Shown: positions 23,427 to 36,505 of the stretch, in pieces
Layout: the number at the start of each line of letters is the position of its first letter
Position numbering within the stretch: position 1 is the stretch's first letter
Source of the DNA: Balanoglossus misakiensis
Lineage: Eukaryota; Animalia; Hemichordata
Assembly (NCBI GenBank): GCA_040954595.2
Contig: CM082590.2
Span: 1,054,001-1,118,000 of the forward strand
DNA: 64,000 nt
Reading direction: 5' to 3'
Made by a program: the position numbers and the translations under genes
Notes under the pieces: generated by a model
Told to the model about the DNA's origin: nothing
Seen by the model: only the letters and a program-made list of their open reading frames with translations
The model's database searches: none

Positions 23427-24000
23427 ATGGCAAGCCCATCTTCTATTCCACACAAGAGGGCTCGACGGGATTGTTTTCTCGACTGTCATGAATCCGACCA
23501 TAAAGCAAGCCTCGTTACTCTACAAGATCACGCCTCCTGGATAACTTTGCTGAATACAGCTAACATACAAAAATACAAACCAATTCAGGACCTCGCCATT
23601 GGTTTGGGCGAAGGTGAAATTCCTCAGGTGCAGTACCATCGGAAATGCCGAAGTCTCTTTACGATGAAAAAGGCTCTTGAATCTATCCTTTCTAAAGAGC
23701 AGTCGTCATCAACCGAGGGAACCAATACACTGGAACGTAAAAAAGAGGTCGAGCATACAAGGGTCTCGGTGTGATCACATTTGCCTATTTTGCTCCACCA
23801 CCAAGTACATGAAGGGAAGAAGGACAAGAGCTCCTTTAGTTCGTTGTCAGCAATTGCGTACGGACAACACATTTAGGGAGGCAGCAACAAGAAAAATGAC
23901 AGTAAAATTCGTGCACTTCTCAGTCGTGAGTTGGTTGCTGCTGAGGGTCACTATCTTAGAAAGTGTTATAGGGACTATACAAGGCCTGATATTCAAGCAG
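23427..24000 (+). pseudogene. Academ-like transposase N-terminus, frameshifted, left arm
   Basis: YHRKCRSLFTMKK, ICLFC..KYMKG..TR..LVRC, ELVAAEGHY.RKCYRDYTRP. Confidence 0.72.
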
Positions 24001-24912
24001 CGTAAGCAGGATTAGAGCAGATGTGGTGATGATACTTTCATGTGATTGTTTTTCTGCTGCAAGAAGTTCTTTTCTTACAGCATTGTACTTCAGGACAACA
24101 GTACCTATATCTAGTGATGACGGATATACAAGCACCCTACCATTTACATCATTCCAAAAAAATCAATGTCCCTTTGAATTCCGTATTTAGCGTATGCTGC
24201 AAGTTTTGTTGGTGGAATTGTTAACCTGTTTAACACCAAGTTGGAGCATTTTGGTAACTAACTTGTTTGATAGATCAGTCAGGGGAACTACCTCAGGGTT
24301 TGTGAACAAATCATTTCTGATAAAAGAAAATAACTCTTCTTGAGCAATTTGCAGGACATCCTCATAACTAGTATCTTGATCATATTGACTTTCATCAACC
24401 TCCATATGACTTGAACCTGCTTGAATATCAGGCCTTGTATAGTCCCTATAACACTTTCTATGATAGTGACCCTCAGCAGCAACCAACTCACGACTGAGAA
24501 GTGCACGAATTTTACTGTCATTTTTCTTGTTGCTGCCTCCCTAAATGTGTTGTCCGTACGCAATTGCTGACAACGAACTAAAGGAGCTCTTGTCCTACTT
24601 CCCTTCATGTACTTTGTGGTGGAGCAAAATAGGCAAATGTGATCACACCGAGACCCTTGTATGCTCGACCTCTTTTTTACGTTCCAGTGTATTGGTTCCC
24701 TCAGTTGATGACGACTGCTCTTTAGAAAGGATAGATTCAAGAGCCTTTTTCATCGTAAAGAGACTTCGGCATTTCCGATGGTACTGCACCTGAGGAATTT
24801 CACCTTCGCCCAAACCAATGGCGAGGTCCTGAATTGGTTTGTATTTTTGTATGTTAGCTGTATTCAGCAAAGTTATCCAGGAGGCGTGATCTTGTAGAGT
24901 GACGAGGCCATT
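24001..24912 (-). pseudogene. Academ-like transposase N-terminus, frameshifted, right arm; extends ~415 bp further than the left copy
   Basis: LVAAEGHYHRKCYRDYTRPD...ELFSFIRNDLF...LTDL, then in a shifted frame LNTEFKGTLIFW...GRVLVYPSSL. A ~70-bp deletion follows the ATG. Confidence 0.72.
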
Positions 24913-27900
24913 TTTTTATTTATTATACTGGACCTGAATATAAATAGATCATGCTCATATTGTGTTGAGGAAAAAAAATAAGCAGATTTTTGAACCTTTG
25001 CTTGGCTTGTCATCTGCTGTGCCTGTACACTGTAGGATGGTATCCAACAATAATACACAATCAGAGCTACAATGCTATAATGGCCCCTTCTCGTAGTATT
25101 GTTAGGAATCGCCATACAAGTACAGTGCACATGAGCAGCATGCAAAGATCCACAAATTTGCACATCCGTTCTCCTAAACACCATATGTGCATGATCAGTT
25201 GGGTGTATACTTACCTGTTAGATGGCCAAACCTACCCCAAAATCCGTGGGAAATTGTTTGTTATTATCCCGTTTCTCTACTAATTTTTTTTCTGATTGTA
25301 ATTGAATAATAAGGTCTTCAATTGGTCTGAAAAAAATGGTGTAGAGTATTTTATCTCATAAATGACATTTGAAGACTTGGGTTTAAAAAAGTAATGCGGG
25401 AAATGTTCGTACCATAATTTTTCGAAATTACCCAAATCTTGTGATCTTTTGACCTCTTTGACCTAAATTCAAAACAAAATTGCAACAAATACATATACAA
25501 TCGCTAGAGTGCTAAAAAAACACACAATTTGAGAGGTAGATGACTTTTCTGGCTTTATTTTTGCCGGAGTTACAACTACTTAAGTTTCCCCTACCCCAAT
25601 ATCAGGGTCTGAAGTCTTGTGCCATTCTTCCGTATCTCTGTATTTGTGTTTTTCTGATCGTAATTGAATAATAGGGTTTTTTATTGGTTTGAAATAGATT
25701 CTGGGAGAGTATTTTATCTTCTAAATGACATTTAAAGACTTATAAGTTCAAAAAAATCGTTTAAGAAATAGTCATACTACAAATGTTCAGAATGACCCAA
25801 ATTTCATGACCTTTTGACCTCTATTGACCTCAATTCAAAACGAATTACCACCAAAATATATTATATTGGTAGAGTTCTAAAAAACACACAATTTGAGTGG
25901 TAGATGACTGTTCTGGGTTTATTTTTGCCGGAGTTACAAGAACTTAAGTTTCCCCTACCCTTAAATCTGAGTGGAAAATTGGATGTCTTTCTGTCGTTTC
26001 TCTTTATTTGTGTTTTTCTGGTCATAAATGAATAATAAGGTTTTCTATTGGTTTGAAATAGATTCTGGGAAAGTATTTTATCTTGTAAATGACATTTGAA
26101 GACTTAAGTTAAAAAAAATCGTTCAAGAAATAGTCATACTACAAATTTTCAGAATGACCCAAATTTCATGACCTTTTGACCTCTATTGACCTCAATTCAA
26201 AACGAATTACCACCAAAATATATTATATTGGTAGAGTTTTAAAAAACACACAATTTGAGTGGTAAATGACTGTTCTGGCTTTAGTTTTGCTGGAGATACA
26301 GCAATTTAAAGTTCCCCTACCCCCAAAATTTGGGTCGGGAATTTTTAGGTTCTTACATTAGTTTTTGAGGGAAAAAATGCAGAAAGCTACTCGATAGGCA
26401 GGGCTATCACCCCAATTTATAATCTAGAGATATAGGCCTTTCCAAAAAAAACATGTGAGGCTTTGTCCATCTTTCTGATACCAAATTCCTGTCTGGCCCA
26501 TGGACTAGGACTGAAGCAGCTCCACGCGACCACTTTGGAAAGCTCCCCGGTGACCTTATAAGTGGCAACGCGTCCATCTACGTAATCGTTGAATTCGAGG
26601 CATGGTCCCGAGGGACCATGTCTGATGTCATGTTTTCTAGAGCGGCTATCTATAACTCAGCGTGGCCAGTCGGCCGCGGTGGGTTCGATAATCAGCGCGA
26701 AAGTCGACCATCATATGGAAATTGTTTGCCGTCGATGTCCAAGTAAACAATAGCGTGTAAGGTGAACATGTGTGGGTGGGATCGACCATTTTACCCTAAA
26801 CGGAACAGCCGGTTAATGGGAATGTTTTGTCTGCGCCCATGGTGTCCTGATTAAACGGCGGCGACTGTACCACGGTCACTCCACAAACTGCCTAGGGACA
26901 GAGCAGCACTGTGGTTTACTGTACACGTAAAATGTGAAGCATACACGAAACATAATTTAAAGGACTTTAATTTAAACGATCCTACGAGCCAAGTTCGCAC
27001 CTGGCCGATTACTCCCACGAACCGACTCCCCTAGATCTTGTATTCGATTTGATCGACAGCGTCATTCAAAGGTCTAAGATACGTCGGCGAAATTGTCCGG
27101 ATTTGTCTGCCCTGGCCGTTGTAGATACAATCTGTAAACATTGCACTGTGGATAGATAGCCATCTCATCTGTTTGTTGGATTTATGTACTCCTGTAACGT
27201 TCTCATGTACGGGAATTGTGGGATAGCTTCATTTCCGCCGCGAAGAAAAAAATATTTTGCTTTCTGAAAATATATTTTGTCATGCATGTAAAAGAAATTC
27301 GCCCGCCGAAACCTGAATTGCGCCCCCATGAAAAAGTTTGTCAGTAGCAATAGAAAGAGCGCCCCCATAAGTTGTGTAACTAGAAATTAGATAAAAATAT
27401 ATTTACATCTGTAAAATAAAATTTTCACCCGCGAAAAGTAATGTTACTTAAAAAAAGTTTTACAAAATAAAATATTTCTTTCCGAAAATAAAATAATTCT
27501 ATGTAGTATAGATAATTTTATCTCAAGTGTTAGAAGTTTATTTTGGAAAAAAATCTTAAAATTTTACTCTCGGAAAAAATAAAATTGGCTTTCGGAAATT
27601 AAACTTTTGTTCTCTAAAATAAGAGTTGTGTAAAGTAAAATTAAAGTTTTACTGTCAAAATTAAAAAGTTTACTCCACTGAAATTGAAATTGTGTGTGTC
27701 AAAATTATAGTTGCCTTCACCAAAACTAAAGTTACTTTTGGGAAAAGATATTGTCTATAATTTTGAAAGTTTAACTTTCAAAATAATATTTTAAAATTGA
27801 CGTGAGAGGGCCACCGTACGACTTCGATCCGATCACCCACATATGGTTAAAACGCAGCAAAAACGAAGGCCGCTGAATAACTGAAAATTCGATACTGGAA

Positions 27901-28326
27901 AATTCCGAATCGAAATCTCGAAGAAATACACTAACAGCGCTTCAAAACGCACTGCGCATGTGCGAGCTTACTGGAGCAGCCCGGAAACAAACACACATGC
28001 TGGGTATACGAAGCCGAGTCTTGTGTTCCAATATCTTCCTGTTCAAAACGAACTCGTTTGTGGCGATGCACAAAGAAGTTACGATTTTACTACCGATGTC
28101 TTGTTATTATCTCGATTATGCCAGCCCCTACGTTCCATAAGGAGCGCCGGAGAATAAAAGACTGGTTCATTTGAAACGTAGGTTTCCAATCAGCCGCAGC
28201 CTCAGGTCAGCATGGTTGTCAAACTTTGCCTCTTGTCATGAAATCGTTTCGCAGTCAAAAGTAGCAGCAAAATGAAGAGTCGCCATGCAGGTAAGTCGGG
28301 AAGTTCTGGCAATATTCGTTTTTTTA

Positions 28327-28912
28327 TTAGGTCCCATTGGTTTTTACCATGGGACCTTATGGGATCGGTTGCGTCTGTATATACATGTATGGATGGATGT
28401 ATGTCTGTATGCCCGTCCACATCAAAAACTTGAAAACCGCTGCACGTATTATAACCTCGATATTTGGTGTGCAGATGCAGGCTGGGCTGTAGATGATTGG
28501 GAGTTTGTTCAAATGAAGTTGTCATTGCCAAATATATGTAAATTAGCTGGAAAAATGTGAATTTGGTGAAGTAACTCAAGAACTACTGGTCAGATTGCTT
28601 TGCAAAGTGGTGTGTATTTACTTTATTGAGTTGTTTTAATTAGGCAGAAACTCCCTCCTGTGTTTCTTATAAACACAGCAAATTCCTGAATGATTACATA
28701 ACTGGCTAAGTTTCAAGAGGCCAGCTGTTCTATTTAGTGTATGTACAGTACATATGCCATTGGCAGTTTATGGGTCAGTCAGTGTTTGCCCATTGATCTC
28801 TCTCTATGTGTGTGTGTGTGTGTGTGTCTGTCTGTATATGGCCATGTACTCCGGTGTAGACTTTTTCTTGTGTAATCCTTCAATGGGACCGCCTTGTCCT
28901 TGACGCGATTTT
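28327..28912 (+). mobile_element. HINE-like element
   Basis: 5' AGGTCCCAT..ATGGGACCT stem, (GTAT/GGAT)n microsatellite, 3' subTIR CAATGGGACC, T-rich flanks. Confidence 0.6.
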
Positions 28913-29165
28913 TTAAATTTCCTGCTTGTCATATATTTACAGTGTTTACTCCAGGATGTTGAGAGAAGGGGGGGGGGGGGGGGGGGGGGGAAATGACCCC
29001 CTTAGTCCAATCATGATTTGCATAATTTATATTAATTAGGTAAATATCAAGGAATGACCATTTTGAACATTTACTTACTAACTGCCTTCTTTCCATATTA
29101 AAAAACAGTATTAGTAAATTACAAAATTTTACATGTGAACTTGACAACATATTAACAGTTACAGC

Positions 29166-29888
29166 TTTTTTAGCTCTGCTGTCACTTGTGTCAGCCGAGC
29201 TGTAGCTGTAGGTTGATAAGTGTCTGTCTGTCGTCCGTCAACTTTTGGTATTTCAATCTCTTCTGTAAAACAACTTGCCATATTTAGCTGAAATTTGATT
29301 GGAATGTGTGTTTTGGTGCCCTTACCTGATTTTGTTAATTTGGATATGATGGGGTCATAAATATGCAAATTAAATCTAAAAATAGAATTTTTTGGTAAAA
29401 AATCTTCTTTTCCCTAACTACATGTACGATGGAGCTGAAATTTGGTAGGAATGTGTGTAATGCTGTTCCTACCTGATTTTGTTAATTTGGATTTGATGGG
29501 GCCATGAATATGCAAATTAGATCTAAAAATAGAATGTTTGGTCAAAAATCTCCTTCTCCATAACTACATGGACGATGGAGCTGAAATAGGGTAGGAATGT
29601 GTGTTATGGTGCCCCTACCTAATTTTGTTAATTGGAATTTTGATGGGGTCATGAATATGCAAATTACAACCTTGGTGCTTCCTTGTGATTTTGTTCTTTA
29701 GGATTCAATTCTTTCTTTCTTTAGCACCATGAATCAAGCTCAATTTGGATAAATACTTGTGATGTCTATGTTTGGTTTGGTTCAATAGAATACAATTGTT
29801 ATGAATAAAAACCTAGGGTATTCATATCATTGCCCAGGTTACACTGTTAAAGTCAGCAAAGCTCTTTTGACCGACGGGTCACTTGTTC
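29166..29888 (+). mobile_element. HINE/DINE-1-like element with internal ~145-bp tandem repeats
   Basis: TTTTTAGCTCTGCTGTCAC..., (GTCT)n, 3' GTCAGCAAAGCT, hairpin TGACC.ACGGGTCA, then CTTGTT. Confidence 0.65.
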
Positions 29889-31226
29889 TACTTTAAAATG
29901 GTAGGTTTTGCAGAGGGAGACACCAGCTTGCATAACTTTCAGGGCATGTAATTTAAAAAAGGCGGGAGAGCTGAAAATAACCTTCCTGAAATTAATTACA
30001 CAAGTGGTGGGAGAGTAACTAACTGCTCCCCCTGGCAATGAGAGTGAAATGAATAAAAAAATGCACCTGCAAAAACAATAGTGTCTTTCTTTAATACTGA
30101 ACCTGGGAAACATTTTCTTGTTGGATTTTAAAAGTTTCAGTTTAGCTGCCAAAATATTAGATTGTGAAACCCTTAATAGTGAAATAAAATCGAATTGGTA
30201 TATTTTCCTTCAGATTTCTGCCTCACTTCCCCTTATGTGGCACACTACTCAAATAAACAGTCTCTACATATTGAATGACTTTCCTTCCTAAGTAAGAAAA
30301 CAAGTTCATGGAAAACTGATACATTATTTCTTGATAATCGCCATGGGATGAAGGCAGTTCTTTTAATTTGCATAAAATTGTTATGTTCTGCCTATCCAAT
30401 TTCAAAAGTCGCCATAACAACAAGTTCACTTGAGTGCAGAGTGCGTGCTCTAAATTTAGATGGTGTCCAGACAGAACTCTTTGGCTGTTCCAACAATTGC
30501 ACACTATAGCCCTGGAGCTAAATTACACGTAAAATGAATGTGAAAGTCATCTACAACATAGTTTTTTGGGGTGGGAAGTTAAAATGTATAGGCCAGCACG
30601 CAGTAATATCGGCAGTTATCCCAGTGTTTTGACTGACAGTGTCTGCTATGGAGGCTTGGACGCGCATGTACAGGCCGGGTGGGCTGCTCACGAAGGGGCG
30701 ATTGTCGCCCCCTGAACTTGTTACAAGGGGCGCTTCAAGTGTAAAAGAGGGGAAATCGCGCAATCGTGTGCCCTGGAGAAAACACTGATTATTTATGTGA
30801 GAAGTCATCAATGATATAGACAGTAAAATATAAATTAAAATATGTCATTATTGTGTACGAGTTTTAAATCTAAAATTCCGAAATGAATTTCTATTGATAT
30901 ATGACTTACTATATGGACAAAAGACATAGACAACATCTTACAGAAATCATCAGAAGTGCTTTTTATAATTCTTTGCCTATGTATGATATATACATTCAAT
31001 AAATACTGAATTAATACATAATATTTATATTTTATGATTAAATCGTGTAGAAAAAAATATATTAAGCTTATTTTCCATTTCAACATTTTGAAATATGTTA
31101 ACAATCCATTTCAGTATTTACAATAAATCTCATATGGTAGTGAATTAAGTACTTGTAATTTCCAGGGAAAAAAAAACATTTAGATTCTGTCATACACTAA
31201 ACGTTATCTACATAAAAAGATGGCAC

Positions 31227-33044
31227 TCATGTGTATTGTACAATGGTCAGAGATCCATGAGTAAATGCAGTTGAATTGGATAACAAATTAAAATAATGTA
31301 ACATCTTATCTATTAGCCCTCTTCTTTTCCGACAGGATAATAGGATGGCACCAACATCCCCATCAAAGAGGACAATATGGTCATCTGGGGTCACTAATAG
31401 CAAAGTTGACTTTCCTTGTAAAATGAAGATACCAGCTGATCTGTTTGGCAAGTTAAACAACAGGTGAGAAACTGTTTGGGAAACAGAAGAATTATCTGGA
31501 TTGACAATGTCAACTGCAATTTGTGGATTTGTGATTTGTATTCTGAGATATGAAAGTATGCTGCATATGCAACTGATATGTATCTACCCTGCTCAGAAAC
31601 ATACAAATCGTAAACCCTGTTTCCTTCTCTGAGTGATGTTAGGATATTATCCATCCATGTTGTTGGTAAGTAATCATGGAGTGTGTGATTGTGTGTGTGG
31701 TGCCTGACAGGTTGCCTTGTATTAAACAAATCAATGTGCATGCATTGCTTCTATCTCGGTTGTCAATTGTTGATTGTGATATGTGGTGGGGAGAGCCCAC
31801 AGTTTGACCTCCCCTTCAGGGAAGACTTGGGTGTATGTTGTAATTATTTTGCTGTTGATTGTGTTCAGTTCTGTTCTGTGATAGCTATGGACATGAAATT
31901 TTGCCTCTGGTTGCCCTGGTATGACCTGTCTGCTTACAATGATTGCATATTGTATTTGTTTGGTACTGTGTATGTTGTTATGTGCAGTGAACTTGGTCTC
32001 TTGTTTGTTGTCGTTGTTGGGTATTGGTCTACTTGTCTTTTGAGGTTTTCTTTGAAGTGTGAAGAGTCATAGTATGTTTTGTCTGATGTAGGAAATATTG
32101 GTTTGTCGTCGGTTATGTCAGGTTCATGGGTATTTGATGAGTGTGATTGATGTTTTGTTGGTTGCAGAAGACCTTGGTTAAATTTTTCACTGAGTTTATG
32201 GACAGATGCTAATAGTAAAGGGGTGCACACCAACCACTTCTCACCTTCATCTCTGTAGACATGGCCTGTGCCACTAAACATGAAGGAAAATGGCATCTCA
32301 TGCCTTCATTTGAATTATTTTCTAGGCCGAACCTGAAACCAAGTGGTAAGCACTTATTACATGTAGTTATTTCAACCTGGAAAGTTGGTATTTGGTATTT
32401 TAACCTTGCAGCCGTAGATTGGCAGACAAGAGTTGACTGTCCACAATTCTTAGCAACATTCTTAAATAGCTGGACCTGACACTCTGCTGTTTTGCCAGCC
32501 ACCGTGGTGTACTCTTGGGCTTTTGTTCTGTGCCATACCCATGTAGGAAGTGAAGGGGATAGTCTGAATTAAGTCTGGAAGAAGCAAGGCTCAGGCTGGT
32601 TTCTGCCTACCAAATTTGCATAAAATCCTTTGGCGCGAAGCCTCGCTTTCAGTGCAAAATACGATGGCGATCGGGCAGGTACGGGTGTGATGCACAACAT
32701 TACTTTGATAGTCCAGTATATCAAAATTCAAACTGTATTTTTTGTAAACGATTTTAGCAAATGACTGTTGTGCCTTCAATTGTATGGTGTTGATCACACT
32801 GGGATGGTAAGATTACGACTGTCTGACGTGTGTCATCGTGAGATAGTCGATTGCTTTTTTCTCGCATTGCGTTGCATTAAGCCTTCTAAAAATGTTATGG
32901 GATCTTCAACTGGGTTCCGATCGAGATAATTCAAATCTCGTAAACATCTTCTATGACTGTACGAAGTTTGATGTGTGTGCGAGCCTGCACAAGGACGCGG
33001 GCAGTGTTGAAGATGGACTCCCGAGAACATGGCCCTGCCGCCAT
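31227..33044 (-). pseudogene. Degenerate ~600-codon gene ending in a papain-fold, herpes BPLF1/UL36-like cysteine protease domain
   Basis: Reading across frames gives PHHISQSTIDNRDRSNACTLIC (Cys codon 31740-31738), LREGNRVYD..YISV and GKSTLLLV...IVLFDGDVGAILL. The N-terminal part starts MAAGPCSRE. Confidence 0.55.
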
Positions 33045-33632
33045 TACAGTTGTACGTGTACTGTGTAAGGCTACTGTAGTACTAACTATTAATACTAGTA
33101 TGGCGTCATTACGAGCTTGCTTTGAGAGGTCGTTCGCGTTGAAAAGGACACGGAATACAAATGTCCATGGTAACATGATTTGACTGTATTCAAGTAAATT
33201 TAACCCCAAAGGAACATTCTATGTCTGACATCTGAAGGAAAATGCTTGTTTATTCGTTGAGTTGATGTGTTGCAGGCCGACGAAGGAACCCGGAAGTGGC
33301 TCGCTCGATCCATACTGCAATCACGAATCATTGCCCTGAATTATATTTTAGCTTGTTTCATGCAAATTATGGAAAATTGGACTTGTCAATGTGAATTTGA
33401 ATAGTTTACAATTAGCAGACTTTAGAATCTAGTGAAATCAGTAGTAAGTATTTTCCACTGTGTTGAATTGTTCCACATTTTCATTGTTATCATTATCTTG
33501 TGTTGTAAATTGTCATGTGAAGGGAATTTCAAACAACTTTACTCATCAGAATATTCATTTTTGTCATACATTACATTTTGGTCACTTTCATGTTCACTTT
33601 CACTTTCATGCCATTGATCTTCATCTGGTAAT

Positions 33633-35350
33633 TCATATTCCCCCTCTTTCTTCAGTTTCCTCAATGTCACTGTCACAATTCTTATCAACCAGCTGCTCAT
33701 CCTGTATCATATTCATTATTTCAACATTTTCATCTTCCAAAGCTTCATCTTTGGTGGTTGTATTTTCACAATTGACACAATGACATCCAGGTCCACACAT
33801 AACTCCTTTCTTTCTGCATGAACATTGCCGATTTTGTACATCCTCCTTTGCAACCACAACCCTTTGTATAAAATGCACACTTGCAAGATTCTCATCAGTA
33901 TCCCAAACAATATTCAGTTTTGTTCCTTCAAATTTGAACCCATAATCGGCACATGGGGGAAATTGGATGTGTGTTTTGTGTGATTGGTTCCACAATTTAG
34001 ATATGAAACAAACATACAACCAGTGATACTTGAGTGAGTGCTGATGGGTTTGGTATGCATTCTTCCTCTGCTCTGGTTCTTACTAAAATGACATTCCTTA
34101 TTTTCAGAAGCCATTTATGATGTCTGTCAACCACATCCCCATTTATAGAGTTATTTGATTTTACATGTTTGAATAGATCCACAGGACTTGTACTCTCACC
34201 GACAAATTTACTGTTAAACTTCTTGTAGTCTGCATATCTGACAAGTCTGTAAAACCCTTTTAAACCAGAGGAGCTTTCTGTGTCAGCCAAATATCCTTCC
34301 AGGCCAGAAATGAAACTTGAGTACTGAAAGAAGGTGTTCAGGAAAGCAGCTTTTCCGAAACCAACAAAAAAAATGAAATGTAATCACACCCTGTTGCAAT
34401 AAAAATTGTCTGAAAGCATTTGTTTTGTTGTCCATCTGAAATTTCACATACATCAGGATCTTGTGATATTGAGTCACTTAATTGATTAAGATGCAAATAG
34501 GAAATGGGAAATCATCTGAATGTATATGTCCTTTTTCTTATTGATACCACAATCATCAACATGATTCAGTTTTCCAGATTCAAGGTAGGGGAGCCCAATG
34601 TGGTACACATGAGGTTATATGTATTACTGTGTGATGACTTAACCACATGCAGCCATATCCATGTGTCTGTTTCCTCATGATTTCTACTGAATACATAATT
34701 GTGAACTGCATTGTGTAACTGGGTATTAATATCAAATACTTTGACTTTGTCATCACCATCAAATCTCCCAGCAACAAGAAATTCCTGGTTACATACAAGC
34801 AAAGGCTTCACCAGTTTTGGAATTTCTTTGCACATGAGTTATATCAGAAGTCTTTTGTTTTTCCTTTCACCCAAAAATGTTTGCCATGGTTCTTTGGGAA
34901 GGGGGGATTCCAGTGTCAGTGAGTCATACAAACAACAATTTCGCTTCTTCTTTGTATCCCTTCTGCCCTGTTTTAGGACTTTGGGACTTGGATTTGATTG
35001 AGACCAAGAATTTGGATCATCAAATAGAAGGTGTATGCATGTAGCTGCATGCCTGAAATTTGGAGAGATCCACCTTCTACATTGTAGCAATATACTGAAA
35101 ATAATCTTTAAAGGATTTGTGGTGGCTCCTAATTGGGGCAGTCTGTATAAGAAACATGCCCTCAAGAACAACTAAACCAGCTTTCAGTCTGTCAGGAGTG
35201 TATCTACCATGACATTCTCCTGTTGGTATCTGGATTTAAGTGTTGGACTTTGTACCTTGGTGATGCATACTACCATCTGCACCACATATGGCTGTGGGTA
35301 ATGGTACAAATTGTTTAAACCCATTTATTGGTTGCCCAGTCTTGATTGAA
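33633..35350 (-). pseudogene. Degraded Academ-like transposase, C-terminal half
   Basis: Fragments IHLLFDDP..SPK, NHEETDTWIWLHV, TGCDYISFF..FGKAAFL, IP.PSAL and a terminal CXC motif CSCRKKGVMCGPGCHCVNCEN. Many frameshifts. Confidence 0.72.
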
Positions 35351-36362
35351 AAAGCAATTTTATGACTGGTTACTAACTTCTAATACCTACTTGATTCACA
35401 GATGTTGCCTGAACTTGTCTGCATTTCAACTCGGGATTCTCTTCCTCATCCGGGGCAAGTTTAAGACCACTCAATGGTAAGCATGACTTGCTATATATTT
35501 GCTTTTATCGGACGTGGCATAACCAAAACAATAGGAAGCAATGTACGTCTATGAACTATCAATACTTGTTTTTTTCCTTTGAATTCTGCATGCTCTAGCC
35601 TCGATTGCATGTGAAATGGTCGTGATGACATGAATTAACTGGACTAGGTCAAATCTTCACGTGAAGCATAAATTAAATTCGGACGCATTTCCTTAACCAT
35701 ATAGCCAGAAATTACTCTCATACAAATACATGCGGAGATACCGTAACCTTGGCTGAAAGTGTGCTAGTCCAACACCATGCTTTTCAAACTGGTAAAGATT
35801 TCTGTTATTATATAAGCCACACGAAGGAAAGTTATGTTGTTCAGAGTGAAATAAAACAATTCTTTAGGCCAAAAAGAAAAATATAAATCAAGACACAAAC
35901 TGGCTGGATGTTTTTTGCAAAGATGTGTGTATAAGAGCAGCCCAGTTCTGAATTTGAAGCTTAGCTCTTTACCAGAAACTTGCTCAAAGCTACCAAATGC
36001 CCAAAAAGTATTGAGTCTCTTTATAAAGTTTAAAAATGTGACTAGTGAGCTAGTCTATGTTCAATATGTCTTATTCCCTATGTCAAAGTGCGTGTACACA
36101 TTCTGTCATTTACAGACATGATGTCAGTTTCACTTGTCACCTGATTGTCATGTTTGGTTTAACCCATGCAGTACTGCATGCAGTACTGATGTAAATGGAG
36201 TTTCAAGATTGTCGTTTCAAAGAACGCTGTGACAGATTTCTGTGAATAGTATTCCACTGTTGTACATTATCACAGCACAGTCTGACCCTACATTATACCA
36301 TGTTTTGCATATTTTCACTAATTAGTATGGCACAATTCTAAAGCAAGGTTATGATTTATTTA

Positions 36363-36505
36363 AGCAATAAAACACCCCCAGCCATGGTATACCACGAGAT
36401 TTTGACCAGTTCACGACATATACGCACGAGCGATAGTGAGTGCGTATATGGAGTTGAACTGGTCAAAATCTCGTGGTATACCATGGCTGGGGGTGTTTTA
36501 TTGCT
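36363..36505. repeat. Palindromic element plus ~165-bp tail (copies 42054-42196 and 44355-44497)
   Basis: AGCAATAAAACACCCCCAGCCATGGTATACCACGAGATTTTGACCAGTTCA and its exact reverse complement. Absent from the 59.8-kb paralog. Confidence 0.9.

Larger units (their letters stand above)
21821..26507. mobile_element. Academ-like fold-back: two left halves in inverted orientation
   Basis: Ends TAGTCCATGGGCCAG / CTGGCCCATGGACTA. Arms ~21821-24000 and ~24417-26507 each carry three ~365-bp subterminal repeats and the transposase 5' end. Confidence 0.85.
14800..27818 (+). mobile_element. Probable IS3EU-like DNA transposon span, rearranged, boundaries tentative
   Basis: Left TATGGGG at 14800 is followed by a degenerate subterminal repeat array. 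Right GGCCACCGTA ending at 27818 is preceded by an AT-rich degenerate array. The span holds the transposase and a convergent HECT exon. No matching TSD was found. Confidence 0.45.

Noticed and set aside
27209-27818. Stand-alone TACGG...CCGTA mini-element
   Set aside because: The flanks (CTCATG vs CGACTT) give no TSD, and the TIR match is only 5 bp.
30589-30610. TAGGCCAGCACGCAG as the terminus of the second Academ element
   Set aside because: Position and TAG start are plausible, but there is no partner TIR in the window.
35620-35670. Possible C/D snoRNA (GTGATGA box, conserved at ~59439)
   Set aside because: I could not find a suitably placed D box with a terminal stem.
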